From a virus (Duplodnaviria; Caudoviricetes), in IMG/VR virus record IMGVR_UViG_3300044695_006401: a stretch of DNA of 64,000 nt, one strand, 5' to 3'. The position numbers and the translations under genes were made by a program. Shown in pieces: positions 18,168 to 27,536 of this stretch (its first letter is position 1; every line of letters begins with the position of its first letter). The notes under the pieces are model-generated. The model was given only the letters and a program-made list of their open reading frames with translations, was not told where the DNA came from and did not search any database.

Positions 18168-19445
18168 TTAAAATAATCCTGAAATATCGATGTTATCCAA
18201 GTTGTCATCGTCATCTTCGTTAGGTAATGCTTGTCTATATTCCTCTTTTTTAAGTTCACGAACAATATCGTCAACCATGTCTTGAATAAATTTGTTTCCT
18301 TTAGGATCACCGGCTAAAATAAGGTTTGCTACCCTGAAAAATTCTTTAGCGTCAAGTGCTGAGAAACGCATAAATAAGTAATGTTGTATATGTTTTTTAT
18401 CCTCATCAAATAATTCCATAGGATATGTTGCCATAAACTTTTCCCAAAAGATTGGACCCAAACGAGAGTCCCAAATTTCCGCAGGTAAAGTGTCTTCAGC
18501 ATTTAAAATCATTTCTTGTTGTCTTGGGTCATCAGGTAAACCATGTGTTCCAAAGATTTCATAAACACCTTTAACTAACTCGTGAACTAATAATGGGAAT
18601 GTTACTGCTTTAGCCTTTACTGTGGGTGGATCAGTTTCTTCATCAACTTCTGATTGTCCCATTTGACCACCACCACCGCCAGCCATTTGTTCCATATCAG
18701 GGAAAATCCAATAAGCATGTTCCATCAAAGATTGTGAAACGCCATATAGGTTCAATAATCTTGGGTCCATGTCGTTTAGTTCATTTGAAACTAATACATA
18801 CATATGTCCACCTTTAAATGCTGCCCCTTGAATAAGTGAATTAATGAATCTTCTTTTAGACCTTTCTAAATTAAATGACTCCATATCGCCCATAAACTCT
18901 TCAACTTCTTCTTCACTTGGTAGTTCAGGTTCTTGTTGCATCCCTTCAGCAGCACCCATTGGTTGCATAACAAGTTCAGCCTTGAACTGCATTGCATCTT
19001 CAGGAATTCCCATCTCATCTTTGACAAGTTTGATAGCGAGTTGTTCCAATTCTTCCTTATGTCTCATTTGGATACCAATGATTTGTTGCATCGCCTGACC
19101 AACTGTCATCATCAACTGCATGAGTGGATTACCTCCTTGAATGATTTGGGTATTACCCATGTATCTTCTAACTTTATCAACAGAGTCTTTGAATCTTTTT
19201 GAAGAAATAAGTTCTATAAAGTCTCTATCCATTTCGGGTATCGCTGGGAAGTTGTGGTAAGGTGTTTCTTTACCTGTAATCTTTCTTTCGATTCCTGGTT
19301 CCATTCTTTCAGGTCCCTCATAATCGATTGGAGCCTCATTTATTTTAGATGAAAGTTTTGCTAAACGATTCATTTCAGCATTACTTAATCCTTCTAAAAC
19401 TAATTTAACTCTAAGTTCGTCTCTTTGTTCGATTAATTTTTTCAT
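18168..19445 (-). CDS. 425 aa protein of unknown function with LLVHELVKG motif
   Basis: Long ORF; KRRFINSLIQG, FPLLVHELVKG, LGPIFW motifs. Confidence 0.75.
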   Translation of the reverse strand: MKKLIEQRDELRVKLVLEGLSNAEMNRLAKLSSKINEAPIDYEGPERMEPGIERKITGKETPYHNFPAIPEMDRDFIELISSKRFKDSVDKVRRYMGNTQIIQGGNPLMQLMMTVGQAMQQIIGIQMRHKEELEQLAIKLVKDEMGIPEDAMQFKAELVMQPMGAAEGMQQEPELPSEEEVEEFMGDMESFNLERSKRRFINSLIQGAAFKGGHMYVLVSNELNDMDPRLLNLYGVSQSLMEHAYWIFPDMEQMAGGGGGQMGQSEVDEETDPPTVKAKAVTFPLLVHELVKGVYEIFGTHGLPDDPRQQEMILNAEDTLPAEIWDSRLGPIFWEKFMATYPMELFDEDKKHIQHYLFMRFSALDAKEFFRVANLILAGDPKGNKFIQDMVDDIVRELKKEEYRQALPNEDDDDNLDNIDISGLF

Positions 19446-19447
19446 AG

Positions 19448-19777
19448 TTAGTCTTCAAAATTTAAACCTAATTCATCAAATGATAACCAATTTGGCATAT
19501 CAACATCATCCATGTCTGCCTTAGGATTTTTCTTTGGTCCTGGTTTTGGTCTATACGGTGTTCCGGGTTTCGATGGTTTTGTTGGTGTGTCAACATCGGG
19601 TCTTACCGGTGTTTCTACTTCTCTACCTGCAAATTCAGGATCAAAATCTAAAACTTCGATATCATCTTCCACTTCGTATTCATCGATTGGCATATTTTGT
19701 TCTGAAATAACTCTACCTCTTTCATAACCAAAAAGGTACTTCATTTCTTTTAATTCTTTATTTATCTTATTATTCAT
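19448..19777 (-). CDS. Leader-bearing proline-rich protein
   Basis: INKELKEMKYLFGYERGRVISEQ leader; PVRPDVDTPTKPSKPGTPYRPKP. Confidence 0.75.
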   Translation of the reverse strand: MNNKINKELKEMKYLFGYERGRVISEQNMPIDEYEVEDDIEVLDFDPEFAGREVETPVRPDVDTPTKPSKPGTPYRPKPGPKKNPKADMDDVDMPNWLSFDELGLNFED

Positions 19778-19801
19778 AACATGTTTTTTTTATAAATATT
19801 A

Positions 19802-20989
19802 TTAAATACCCAAAGTGTCAAGTGATTCCAAGTTATTACTTACACCATCCAACCTTTTGATTATTTTTATACTGTCCCTTAATTCAGTGTTATTAGGATC
19901 ATTTACAACTTCAATAATGTAGATTGATGGGTAGGACTCCATGTCTAAAAATTCAGACGCAATATAATATTTATCCTTATCACCTCTATCAACCTGATAG
20001 TAAAGGTTTATATAATTTTTATTTATCGAGTCAACCCTTTCAGGACTTTTATTCAATCTTTCCAAAACTTCATTAGTGTTTTGATCGGACGATAATCCAA
20101 CTAACATAAATATTTTTCGTTTTGTATCATAAGACAAATTCAAAGCATCTATAAATTTGTAATCTTCAAACTCAATCTTTTTTTCAGGTTCAATAATTTC
20201 TTTATTAGAATACTTTGAACATTCCTGAAGAAATTTAGTAATGTCTTTTATATCCGCTTTTACTACAACATACTTGAATGATGTTGTCGCTAAAGATATA
20301 ATCTGATTACAAACTATCTCATAATTAAATGGGACTTCTTTCACTTCTAAACATTCTAATGCGGAATCTAATAGTGATTCATCTATTTGAAACTTTTCAA
20401 AATACTGCTCAACTATACTTGTAAGAGCATCTAATATTGACTGAGACACTGAAAGTTCACCTTCAAACTTAGATGAGGTTTTAACTTCCTCATTACCTCG
20501 ACCATAGAAAATAGTAGATGAAGATTCAAATTCACCACAAGGATCTTTTAAATCTGTATCAGTAGAGATCATATTATTTGGAACTTCGGTTTTTGATGTG
20601 ACCACAATGTCTCCAACATTAAGATCCTTCCCCTTGGTTATATTAATTTTTTTAATTACTTGCTTAAAGGTATTAGTCTCGGGAACTATAATTGTGTAAT
20701 CCGATCTTAGTGGTGTATTTTCAAATTTAAAATTTCCTTCTTCGTCTGTTGTTGTATCTAAAACTTTTGTAAATGTTCCTGAGCCGTTTGACCCAAAGTA
20801 ACCGAGAGTTATTTTCAGATTTTTTATACCTACCGTATATTTTTCATACATAGACAATAAATAATCATCAAGAAAAACCTCACTGACAACTTTACCGAAA
20901 ATTAAATTTGCAGTTTCTTCGGATAATATTCCATACAAAGACATGATATGTCTTTTATCATTTTCAGATATAACAAACTTTTTACCCAT
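19802..20989 (-). CDS. Leader-bearing protein with carboxypeptidase-regulatory-like beta-sandwich and thioredoxin-like C-terminal fold
   Basis: IFGKVV...TTTDEEGNFKF...YTI...LNVGDIVV; FIDAL...KIFMLVG...NYINLY...YPSIYII. Confidence 0.55.
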   Translation of the reverse strand: MGKKFVISENDKRHIMSLYGILSEETANLIFGKVVSEVFLDDYLLSMYEKYTVGIKNLKITLGYFGSNGSGTFTKVLDTTTDEEGNFKFENTPLRSDYTIIVPETNTFKQVIKKINITKGKDLNVGDIVVTSKTEVPNNMISTDTDLKDPCGEFESSSTIFYGRGNEEVKTSSKFEGELSVSQSILDALTSIVEQYFEKFQIDESLLDSALECLEVKEVPFNYEIVCNQIISLATTSFKYVVVKADIKDITKFLQECSKYSNKEIIEPEKKIEFEDYKFIDALNLSYDTKRKIFMLVGLSSDQNTNEVLERLNKSPERVDSINKNYINLYYQVDRGDKDKYYIASEFLDMESYPSIYIIEVVNDPNNTELRDSIKIIKRLDGVSNNLESLDTLGI

Positions 20990-21004
20990 ATTAAAATAAA
21001 TACT

Positions 21005-21298
21005 TTATTTATCCGATTTATCTACCATGTAGTAGTTATACCCCAAAGAATAATAAAGAAATTGACCTTTTTTTTTCAAAACAGAATTAATCTTATCGGT
21101 TGAGTCGGCAGGAACCCCTACAATTTCTTTTTCCTTAGGTATTTTTCTTCCAACATGAGTGTTCAAAACATTTTGTATTGGGTCCAAATAATATTTTAGT
21201 TTTTTTACCAAAGTTTTTTTATCACCGACGGTTCCGATTTCATACTTCTTACATAAAGATTTTATTTCTTGTAGTTCTAACTTATCTAAATTTTCCAT
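21005..21298 (-). CDS. SAP-like DNA-binding domain protein
   Basis: LELQEIKSLCKKYEIGTVGDKKTLVKKL fits the SAP pattern; start reassigned to MENLDK. Confidence 0.6.
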   Translation of the reverse strand: MENLDKLELQEIKSLCKKYEIGTVGDKKTLVKKLKYYLDPIQNVLNTHVGRKIPKEKEIVGVPADSTDKINSVLKKKGQFLYYSLGYNYYMVDKSDK

Positions 21299-21302
21299 AC
21301 CA

Positions 21303-21310
21303 CAAATATA
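21303..21310 (-). promoter_or_regulatory. Bacteroidota sigma -7 element TATATTTG
   Basis: 4 nt upstream of ATG 21298. Confidence 0.7.
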
Positions 21311-21393
21311 GTAAAAATAATTTATTTTCAATATATAGATCGTTTTGTTTTACTTAACAAAATTTTTTAATTAAGTTTTCTAAAAATATTATT

Positions 21394-21819
21394 ATGAGAA
21401 AAATACAAAATGGAGATACCGTCAAGGTACATTACACAGGAAGATTAGAAGATGGTACTGTTTTCGATTCCTCAATGGTCGAAGGGAGAGACCCTTTGAC
21501 AGCAACTTTAGGTCAAGGTCAATTAATTTCAGGTTTTGAATCGGGATTAATTGATATGTCTGTTGGAGACACAAAAGAAGTACAAATTGATCCGTCGGAT
21601 GCATATGGCGAATACCTTCCAAACATGGAGCAAGAGGTTCCTTTGGAAAATATGCCAGGAGAAGTTTCAGCAGGAATGCAACTTCAAGCCCAAACTGAAA
21701 TGGGTCCGATTATTTTAACAGTAAAAGAAGTTAAAGAAAGTACAGTCGTGTTGGATGCGAATCACCCACTTGCTGGAAAAAAACTAATTTTCGATTTAGA
21801 AGTATTAGAAATCCAATAA
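21394..21819 (+). CDS. slyD: FKBP-type peptidyl-prolyl isomerase, SlyD/SlpA-like, no His-rich tail
   Basis: VKVHYTGRLEDGTVFDSS, GQGQLISGFE, AYGE, LDANHPLAGKKLIFDLEV. Confidence 0.92.
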   Translation: MRKIQNGDTVKVHYTGRLEDGTVFDSSMVEGRDPLTATLGQGQLISGFESGLIDMSVGDTKEVQIDPSDAYGEYLPNMEQEVPLENMPGEVSAGMQLQAQTEMGPIILTVKEVKESTVVLDANHPLAGKKLIFDLEVLEIQ

Positions 21820-21825
21820 AAAAAT

Positions 21826-21859
21826 AAACCCCCATTGGTAGCGACACTGATGGGGGTTT
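21826..21859. terminator. Intrinsic terminator
   Basis: AAACCCCCAT...ATGGGGGTTT after FKBP stop. Confidence 0.85.
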
Positions 21860-21900
21860 TATATAGCCGTTGCTATATCGGTCCTAAGCCGTTTCTTTTG

Positions 21901-22350
21901 TTACATCTTTATAACAATATTTTCTATTTCCTTTACTAATTCGTTAGAGACATATACATCTCTCATAGTTGATCGACTATAATCTCCTGTGTGGTAATAC
22001 CCTAAAGTGTTATCTATATCTTCATTAACTCGTCTAAGAATGTAACTATCTTTTTTCAAGAAGTATTCTAACCTTTGTTTTAACGGTTCGTCAGTTTTGT
22101 ATTCGTAGAATATTTTAATAGCAATTGACATCCATTTTTTTAATGTTTCGTTTGCATCCAAAATAGTCACATCGTACATAGCATAATCATACCACTCACC
22201 AACTGAAATCATTGGTTTAATTCCAACAATCTCAAATGTGTAAGTTACTGATGTGTTACTTTTATCATCAGGGTATATATAAACAGGAGTTTCAAATTCT
22301 TGTTTTGATACACTTTTGTTAATTTTAGTTATTTCCTCTTTTGTAAACAT
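21901..22350 (-). CDS. Hypothetical protein
   Basis: 149 aa ORF. Confidence 0.75.
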   Translation of the reverse strand: MFTKEEITKINKSVSKQEFETPVYIYPDDKSNTSVTYTFEIVGIKPMISVGEWYDYAMYDVTILDANETLKKWMSIAIKIFYEYKTDEPLKQRLEYFLKKDSYILRRVNEDIDNTLGYYHTGDYSRSTMRDVYVSNELVKEIENIVIKM

Positions 22351-22481
22351 TATCTACCTTGTCCTTTATATTTTTTTGGTCTTTGTTCTTTTGGTCCGAA
22401 TTTTCTTTTTAATTTCCCAACCCTTTTTTTACCAAATGATTGTTTTCTTGAATCACTTGAACCCCCTTTTATTTTTGCCAT
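22350..22481 (-). CDS. 43 aa highly basic peptide
   Basis: Hand translation MAKIKGGSSDSRKQSFGKKRVGKLKRKFGPKEQRPKKYKGQGR; TAATG coupling to next gene. Confidence 0.7.
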   Translation of the reverse strand: MAKIKGGSSDSRKQSFGKKRVGKLKRKFGPKEQRPKKYKGQGR

Positions 22482-22547
22482 CTTATTTGAGTTTAATTAA
22501 TGTTTATCGACCAAAAGATCTTACTGATAAATATATTAAATCAATAA

Positions 22548-22578
22548 AAAAACACCCCCAATCTATGAGGGTGTTTTT
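22548..22578. terminator. Intrinsic terminator
   Basis: AAAAACACCC...GGGTGTTTTT. Confidence 0.8.
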
Positions 22579-22612
22579 GTTGTAAAAGATAATAAAAATT
22601 AACGGACCATGA

Positions 22613-22984
22613 TCACATGGATTCTCTCATACTCATTATAACAACATCACCAACCTTAACTACAGATTTCAAATTACACACAGGATTCATTTTTATAAGT
22701 GCAGAATCTTGGTCTGTCATTGATTGCAGATTACTTAATGTGTCATTTTTTTTAATTTTATAAAATTTGATGTAGTCCTCCCCTTGATTTTTTATTTCAT
22801 TTGACAACCCTTTTGGTGTAAAGCAGTATTTACCACCTTGGTCAGGTTTTGGGTTATTTTTCATCATTTTATTTGCAACATTCAAATAATACGAATCGGG
22901 TTGGAATTGTGATTTTTGTTCCTTTACAATTTTACCGATCAAATTAGTTAATTCAGATTCAGTAAGTCTTACAATTTTTTTCAT
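22613..22984 (-). CDS. Leader-bearing LysM-like protein
   Basis: MKKIVRLTESEL leader; YKIKKNDTLSNL...LIKMNP...VKVGDVV. Confidence 0.7.
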   Translation of the reverse strand: MKKIVRLTESELTNLIGKIVKEQKSQFQPDSYYLNVANKMMKNNPKPDQGGKYCFTPKGLSNEIKNQGEDYIKFYKIKKNDTLSNLQSMTDQDSALIKMNPVCNLKSVVKVGDVVIMSMRESM

Positions 22985-23022
22985 AGTTTAATAATATATT
23001 TTATAAATATGTTTGAAAAACA

Positions 23023-23045
23023 AAAACCCACCTTTTGTGGGTTTT
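23023..23045. terminator. Intrinsic terminator
   Basis: AAAACCCAC-CTTTT-GTGGGTTTT. Confidence 0.85.
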
Positions 23046-23054
23046 AAAATTTAA

Positions 23055-23528
23055 TCAGATTTCTGTTACTTCAGTACACCCATCTTCAGTTGTTTCTGAA
23101 TCCAAAATTTCTTTATGGTACATTTTACCACTCCATGGATCAAAAAATTCTTCACTTCTTAAGACTTGCATATCATAAGTAGATAAATCATAATATGACT
23201 CAACGGTATCTTGATAATAATATCGGTTATATTCAGTTACATCTTCACTCCACTCAACTCTTAGTTTTTTTAGTTGTGGTCTTGGGGGTAACTCTGTAAT
23301 ATCTTCCTCGTCATAAACTATCTGTGAAAATAACTTAAACAAATAAGTTATATCTGGAACTTGTAAGTTATCAATTCCAAAATAGGATGCCTTTGTTTCT
23401 ATCATGTTATAACTTGATAAAAATTCTTCCAAGCTATATGAATCAACATCATTATCCACAAATTCTTCTCTTATTTGATTAATAAGAAGAAGAAGTGCTT
23501 TATCGCTAAGTTTTTCTAATGGAGACAT
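23055..23528 (-). CDS. Acidic hypothetical protein
   Basis: 157 aa ORF. Confidence 0.75.
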   Translation of the reverse strand: MSPLEKLSDKALLLLINQIREEFVDNDVDSYSLEEFLSSYNMIETKASYFGIDNLQVPDITYLFKLFSQIVYDEEDITELPPRPQLKKLRVEWSEDVTEYNRYYYQDTVESYYDLSTYDMQVLRSEEFFDPWSGKMYHKEILDSETTEDGCTEVTEI

Positions 23529-23533
23529 TTGGT

Positions 23534-24097
23534 CTATGCAAAGTTAGTTGGAGTTTCCTCAGAATCAATTTTGGCAAAGTCAAACCCGCCACATGGTAAA
23601 TTATTATTAAGGTATTCTGCCAATTTTACATTACGGTAGGTCCCTTGAACTTTTTTACCTGAAAACCAAGAATTAGAAGATTGTACCGTAAGAGTAATAT
23701 TGAAAACATCATCACCACATTTAAAATCAGGTTCAGCTGTTATTCTCGTAGAAAGAGCAAGGTTATCAAGATCCTCCAATTCAAATAAAATAACATCCTG
23801 TGTAAGAATTCTTACTCCTTTAATTTTTCCTTTGATTGTTCCGGTTTTAAATTCATCCCAATAACTAGCATCAAGATTAGATAATGATTCCTTATCCACC
23901 TCAGAAGCGTACCATACATCTGTTTTCACATCCGCACCAATTACTCTATTTAAATTTATTGGTTCGAATTTTACAGTTTTTCCAATCAATTGGTGTAATG
24001 GGTTTGTGGTAACTTCACTAATCAAAGGTCTAACATCCCCAATTGTTGACTCCAATAAAGAGTTAAACCTATTTCTGTATTGTTCAATATTTTTCAT
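23534..24097 (-). CDS. Leader-bearing hypothetical protein
   Basis: RFNSLLESTIGDVRPLISE matches FSRLLNAKLGNAKPLISE of 28918-29361. Confidence 0.75.
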   Translation of the reverse strand: MKNIEQYRNRFNSLLESTIGDVRPLISEVTTNPLHQLIGKTVKFEPINLNRVIGADVKTDVWYASEVDKESLSNLDASYWDEFKTGTIKGKIKGVRILTQDVILFELEDLDNLALSTRITAEPDFKCGDDVFNITLTVQSSNSWFSGKKVQGTYRNVKLAEYLNNNLPCGGFDFAKIDSEETPTNFA

Positions 24098-24122
24098 AAT
24101 TAAATTGTTTTATATATAAATA

Positions 24123-24965
24123 TTAGTCTTCATTGTAAAATATATCAATGATATCAGAGAACTTTAGTCCCATTTGTGTAATACCAAGTTTTTCTGAGAT
24201 TTCACCATCAACATAGTCAAATCCATTCTCATCATGAAACCATTCAAAATCACCACTATCCCATCCAAACCTATTATCTTCATCGGATCTATATTGGTAT
24301 AAGTATTTTTTCCCATCAATATCAACAAGATACATGGGTCCAAAATAATTTAACATTCGTCTAATTAAATCGGGACCAATTATATCATCAAATTCCAAGG
24401 GAACATCGTAGGCATCTTTTATTTCTTCAATCTTATCTGTGAAGTCAATTCCCATTACATCAATTAAAAACTTTTTCTTCTTATCAATTGATTCTTTAAT
24501 CTTCTTTTTCTTTTTGACATTATACTTTCTTGTATTAGAACTTCTCCATTCATATTCTGTACCGTCAGTATCGAGTTCCACCTTATTTTCAAAATCATAA
24601 TCATATTGAACACAATCACATTTAATACCCAATTGTTCATAAACATAATCAACAAGAACTTTAGAAAATAATTTATGTCGAAAATAAGGAACATACCCCT
24701 CGAGTTTTTCAGTAACATCTCGTGATAATGTCAAGTCTTTTTTGCAACCCGCGTTTCCATATTTTCCCAAATAGATTTCAGCTATATCTTCACCATTTTG
24801 GTCGTGTATGGTATGTTGATATATTTCACCACCATCTTCATTATCTACAATAGAAAGTTTCCCAAATAAAGTTTCCAAAAGATTCGACACCAATTCTTTG
24901 TATCGTTCTTTTTTGATATCCTCCATAAGGGAGACATATTGTGATTCCAAAATTAAAACCTTCAT
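24123..24965 (-). CDS. Leader-bearing two-module protein
   Basis: MKVLILESQY leader; internal KKIKES junction; N-module resembles 40617-41246. Confidence 0.75.
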   Translation of the reverse strand: MKVLILESQYVSLMEDIKKERYKELVSNLLETLFGKLSIVDNEDGGEIYQHTIHDQNGEDIAEIYLGKYGNAGCKKDLTLSRDVTEKLEGYVPYFRHKLFSKVLVDYVYEQLGIKCDCVQYDYDFENKVELDTDGTEYEWRSSNTRKYNVKKKKKIKESIDKKKKFLIDVMGIDFTDKIEEIKDAYDVPLEFDDIIGPDLIRRMLNYFGPMYLVDIDGKKYLYQYRSDEDNRFGWDSGDFEWFHDENGFDYVDGEISEKLGITQMGLKFSDIIDIFYNED

Positions 24966-25057
24966 AAAGATAAATACAACAAGGAGGGGGTTTGGGGGAG
25001 GTTCAGGTCAAAAAAAATTTTCCAGAAATTGACCTTCACCATCCACTATAAATGATT

Positions 25058-25618
25058 TTAATATCCATTACCATAAGGATCACCAAAAGATGCATAAGAT
25101 TTAATTCTTTCTCTTTTATAACATTCAGTCCAACATTCAAACTCAGGGATATTATAAAAATCCATATTATGAATTTCAATATGAGGTTGTATTAAAGGTT
25201 TAAACTTAATTAAAAGATGTTTAGTAATTTCAGGAAGATATGAATCAATCTCATAAAATAATGACTCTGTAGAAATATACTCCTCACAATGTGGGGTTCT
25301 ATAAACCGGTTCAAAATTCATGGGGTTATATACAGGACTACAAATAACATCAAAGATCACAAGTTCCATATAAGTCATTCCATACCAATCGACCTTTCTT
25401 TCTTTAGGGTTTCGGTTTCTAATAAAAATATCAAACCTCAAGTTAGGGTATATCGTTTCAATAAATTTACCCAAGAGTTTCAAATATTTTTTATGGATGA
25501 GGTATTGTAGTTTTGCATTTTCATACATGGACTTATAATCAGAATAAGAATTATAAGTATGATTCATATACTCATTCATGAAGTTATCGCTAAATCTCAC
25601 ATTATCACAAAGTCCCAT
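25058..25618 (-). CDS. Hypothetical protein
   Basis: 186 aa ORF. Confidence 0.65.
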   Translation of the reverse strand: MGLCDNVRFSDNFMNEYMNHTYNSYSDYKSMYENAKLQYLIHKKYLKLLGKFIETIYPNLRFDIFIRNRNPKERKVDWYGMTYMELVIFDVICSPVYNPMNFEPVYRTPHCEEYISTESLFYEIDSYLPEITKHLLIKFKPLIQPHIEIHNMDFYNIPEFECWTECYKRERIKSYASFGDPYGNGY

Positions 25619-25668
25619 GAAAAAATATAAATAAAAAAAATCCCCCGATCAAATGAAAGGGGGAAATT

Positions 25669-25842
25669 TTAAAAATTAAAGGTATCTTTTAATGTCTTAA
25701 ATCCGAGATAATAAATTAACATCCCAAGAATGGCTCCAAATATTTCATTCACATATTTTACATAATAGGGAATCCCCATAAGGGCCAAAAACATAAAGAC
25801 CACAAGAAGGATCAAAAAGAGATGAGGTTTTAAACGATTCAT
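25669..25842 (-). CDS. Small two-TM membrane protein (57 aa)
   Basis: Hand translation MNRLKPHLFLILLVVFMFLALMGIPYYVKYVNEIFGAILGMLIYYLGFKTLKDTFNF; hairpin follows. Confidence 0.6.
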   Translation of the reverse strand: MNRLKPHLFLILLVVFMFLALMGIPYYVKYVNEIFGAILGMLIYYLGFKTLKDTFNF

Positions 25843-25925
25843 AATTATTTTTTAAAAAAATGATCCACCATTACAAAAATGGAGTAAACAATAATAAATC
25901 CAACTATTACAACAGAATCGACCAT

Positions 25926-26105
25926 TTATAATTTAGATACTTTATTCATAAGGAATCTTAATTTATTTTCCAAATCTCTAATTTGCAAAAGTTGTTGTTC
26001 ATTCAAATTAATGGATTCCCCCTTAATGGAAGAAATTTTATTTTGTATTTTTGTGTGTTCATACATCAACTGTGTATAAAGTTCGGCTTTTTGCTGATTT
26101 GTCAT
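25926..26105 (-). CDS. Small coiled-coil protein (59 aa)
   Basis: Hand translation MTNQQKAELYTQLMYEHTKIQNKISSIKGESINLNEQQLLQIRDLENKLRFLMNKVSKL. Confidence 0.65.
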   Translation of the reverse strand: MTNQQKAELYTQLMYEHTKIQNKISSIKGESINLNEQQLLQIRDLENKLRFLMNKVSKL

Positions 26106-26190
26106 AATTAAATATAAGTTATTTTTTTATAAAGGAAAATAAAAAACCCCACCTTTATGATGGGGTCGATTATTTTATAATGAATAAATG

Positions 26191-26649
26191 TTAGTTTTCA
26201 GGTCCAATTTTATCACTAATGGCTCCCACAATTCCTTTTTTTAACATCGTAATATATAAAGTTAAAGTTGCAATGGCAGCCCCGATTACTTTAGCGGTTT
26301 CAACAGTATCACTATCAATAACTTTGCCTGATTCCAATTTAGCAATGTCTGTTTCCAATCTTTCAAGATCTGCAGCAAGTTTTTTATTTTCTTGTCTCAA
26401 TCTTTTTCTTTGTGCTGCTTTACGAAGTCTCATTCTTAAAGTACCACCAACGATTGCTTTTTTAGAGACCAACTGAGATTTAGTTTTTTCCAATTCCATC
26501 TTTAACGCTTCAAGTTCCTCAACTTCTTGTTCCAAAGCAGTTTTAGTAGATTCCTCCTCACCTTGTTCATTTAAAGAATTGTTGTACCCATGCTTTCTAT
26601 GCATTTCAAGAATTTCATTCTTTTCTGATTCTGTTAAAATATTTTTCAT
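26191..26649 (-). CDS. Leader-bearing coiled-coil protein with C-terminal hydrophobic helix
   Basis: MKNILTESEKNEILEMH leader; VIGAAIATLTLYITML. Confidence 0.8.
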   Translation of the reverse strand: MKNILTESEKNEILEMHRKHGYNNSLNEQGEEESTKTALEQEVEELEALKMELEKTKSQLVSKKAIVGGTLRMRLRKAAQRKRLRQENKKLAADLERLETDIAKLESGKVIDSDTVETAKVIGAAIATLTLYITMLKKGIVGAISDKIGPEN

Positions 26650-26726
26650 AATATAATTTTATTTTATTTGCTTATTTTAAATATAAATATATCTTAAAAT
26701 AAAAAACCCTCTTTAGGGGAGGGGAT

Positions 26727-27104
26727 TTATAATCTTTCTTCATCATAACCGTAGATTGTTGTATACACACTAAATGGTAGAATTTCCAAATAATCAAGAT
26801 AAAACGTTTCATCGAGTTCATTAATATACCACATAGAATCACCATAATCACTATCGGCCCAAACAGGATAATAGTCATCACCATCTTTAGTTATAGAATC
26901 AATAATAATATCCATATCACCAACAGCTTCTACCCCCTTACCAACAACACTTCTAACAACAACGTGAAATTTAAATTCATAGTTAACATCTTGCGTGACA
27001 TTGTTATACCCATCATAAACATGTTCAACGTCTGTGAGCGTCATTTCAAACTCCTTATTTTCAAAGAGTTTTTTAAGTAAAGATATTAGTTTTTCATTTT
27101 TCAT
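26727..27104 (-). CDS. Acidic hypothetical protein
   Basis: 125 aa coupled ORF. Confidence 0.75.
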   Translation of the reverse strand: MKNEKLISLLKKLFENKEFEMTLTDVEHVYDGYNNVTQDVNYEFKFHVVVRSVVGKGVEAVGDMDIIIDSITKDGDDYYPVWADSDYGDSMWYINELDETFYLDYLEILPFSVYTTIYGYDEERL

Positions 27105-27475
27105 TAACGGGGATATTCTAAAGGTAATATTTTTTCCAAATGTATTTTACCCTTTTCAATAAAATAATCCATTAAAACTTTTCGAGGGATATATCTAAGT
27201 CCATCAGTAATTCTAAAATCTGATGAACTTAAAACACTAACAACTTTATTATTTTTAGTTAAAAAACGAATACTTCTATGCTTATAATCGTTAGGAAATT
27301 TAAAATAAAAAACAACAGAGTCATGGTTTCTTCCAAAATTATCATGGGTCCTTCCATCATATTCACAACCGTCATACTCAATACCTTCCATTTCCAAGAT
27401 TTGTTCAACAATATTAGTCTTGTCGGAGGATTCCAATAGTTTTATATATTGAGATTCTGTAAGAATGATTTTCAT
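27104..27475 (-). CDS. Leader-bearing hypothetical protein
   Basis: MKIILTESQY leader; TATTTAT upstream. Confidence 0.8.
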   Translation of the reverse strand: MKIILTESQYIKLLESSDKTNIVEQILEMEGIEYDGCEYDGRTHDNFGRNHDSVVFYFKFPNDYKHRSIRFLTKNNKVVSVLSSSDFRITDGLRYIPRKVLMDYFIEKGKIHLEKILPLEYPR

Positions 27476-27536
27476 ATAAGATAAATATATGGGGAAATAA
27501 AAAACCCCACCGATGAGGTAGGGTTTAGTTGTTTAA

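Noticed and set aside
21860-21900. GC-richer stretch after the FKBP terminator as possible tRNA
   Set aside because: No cloverleaf, no TTC T-loop, no CCA end
22350-22481. Assignment as ribosomal protein bTHX
   Set aside because: Only SFGKKR resembles it; N-terminal GKGD motif absent
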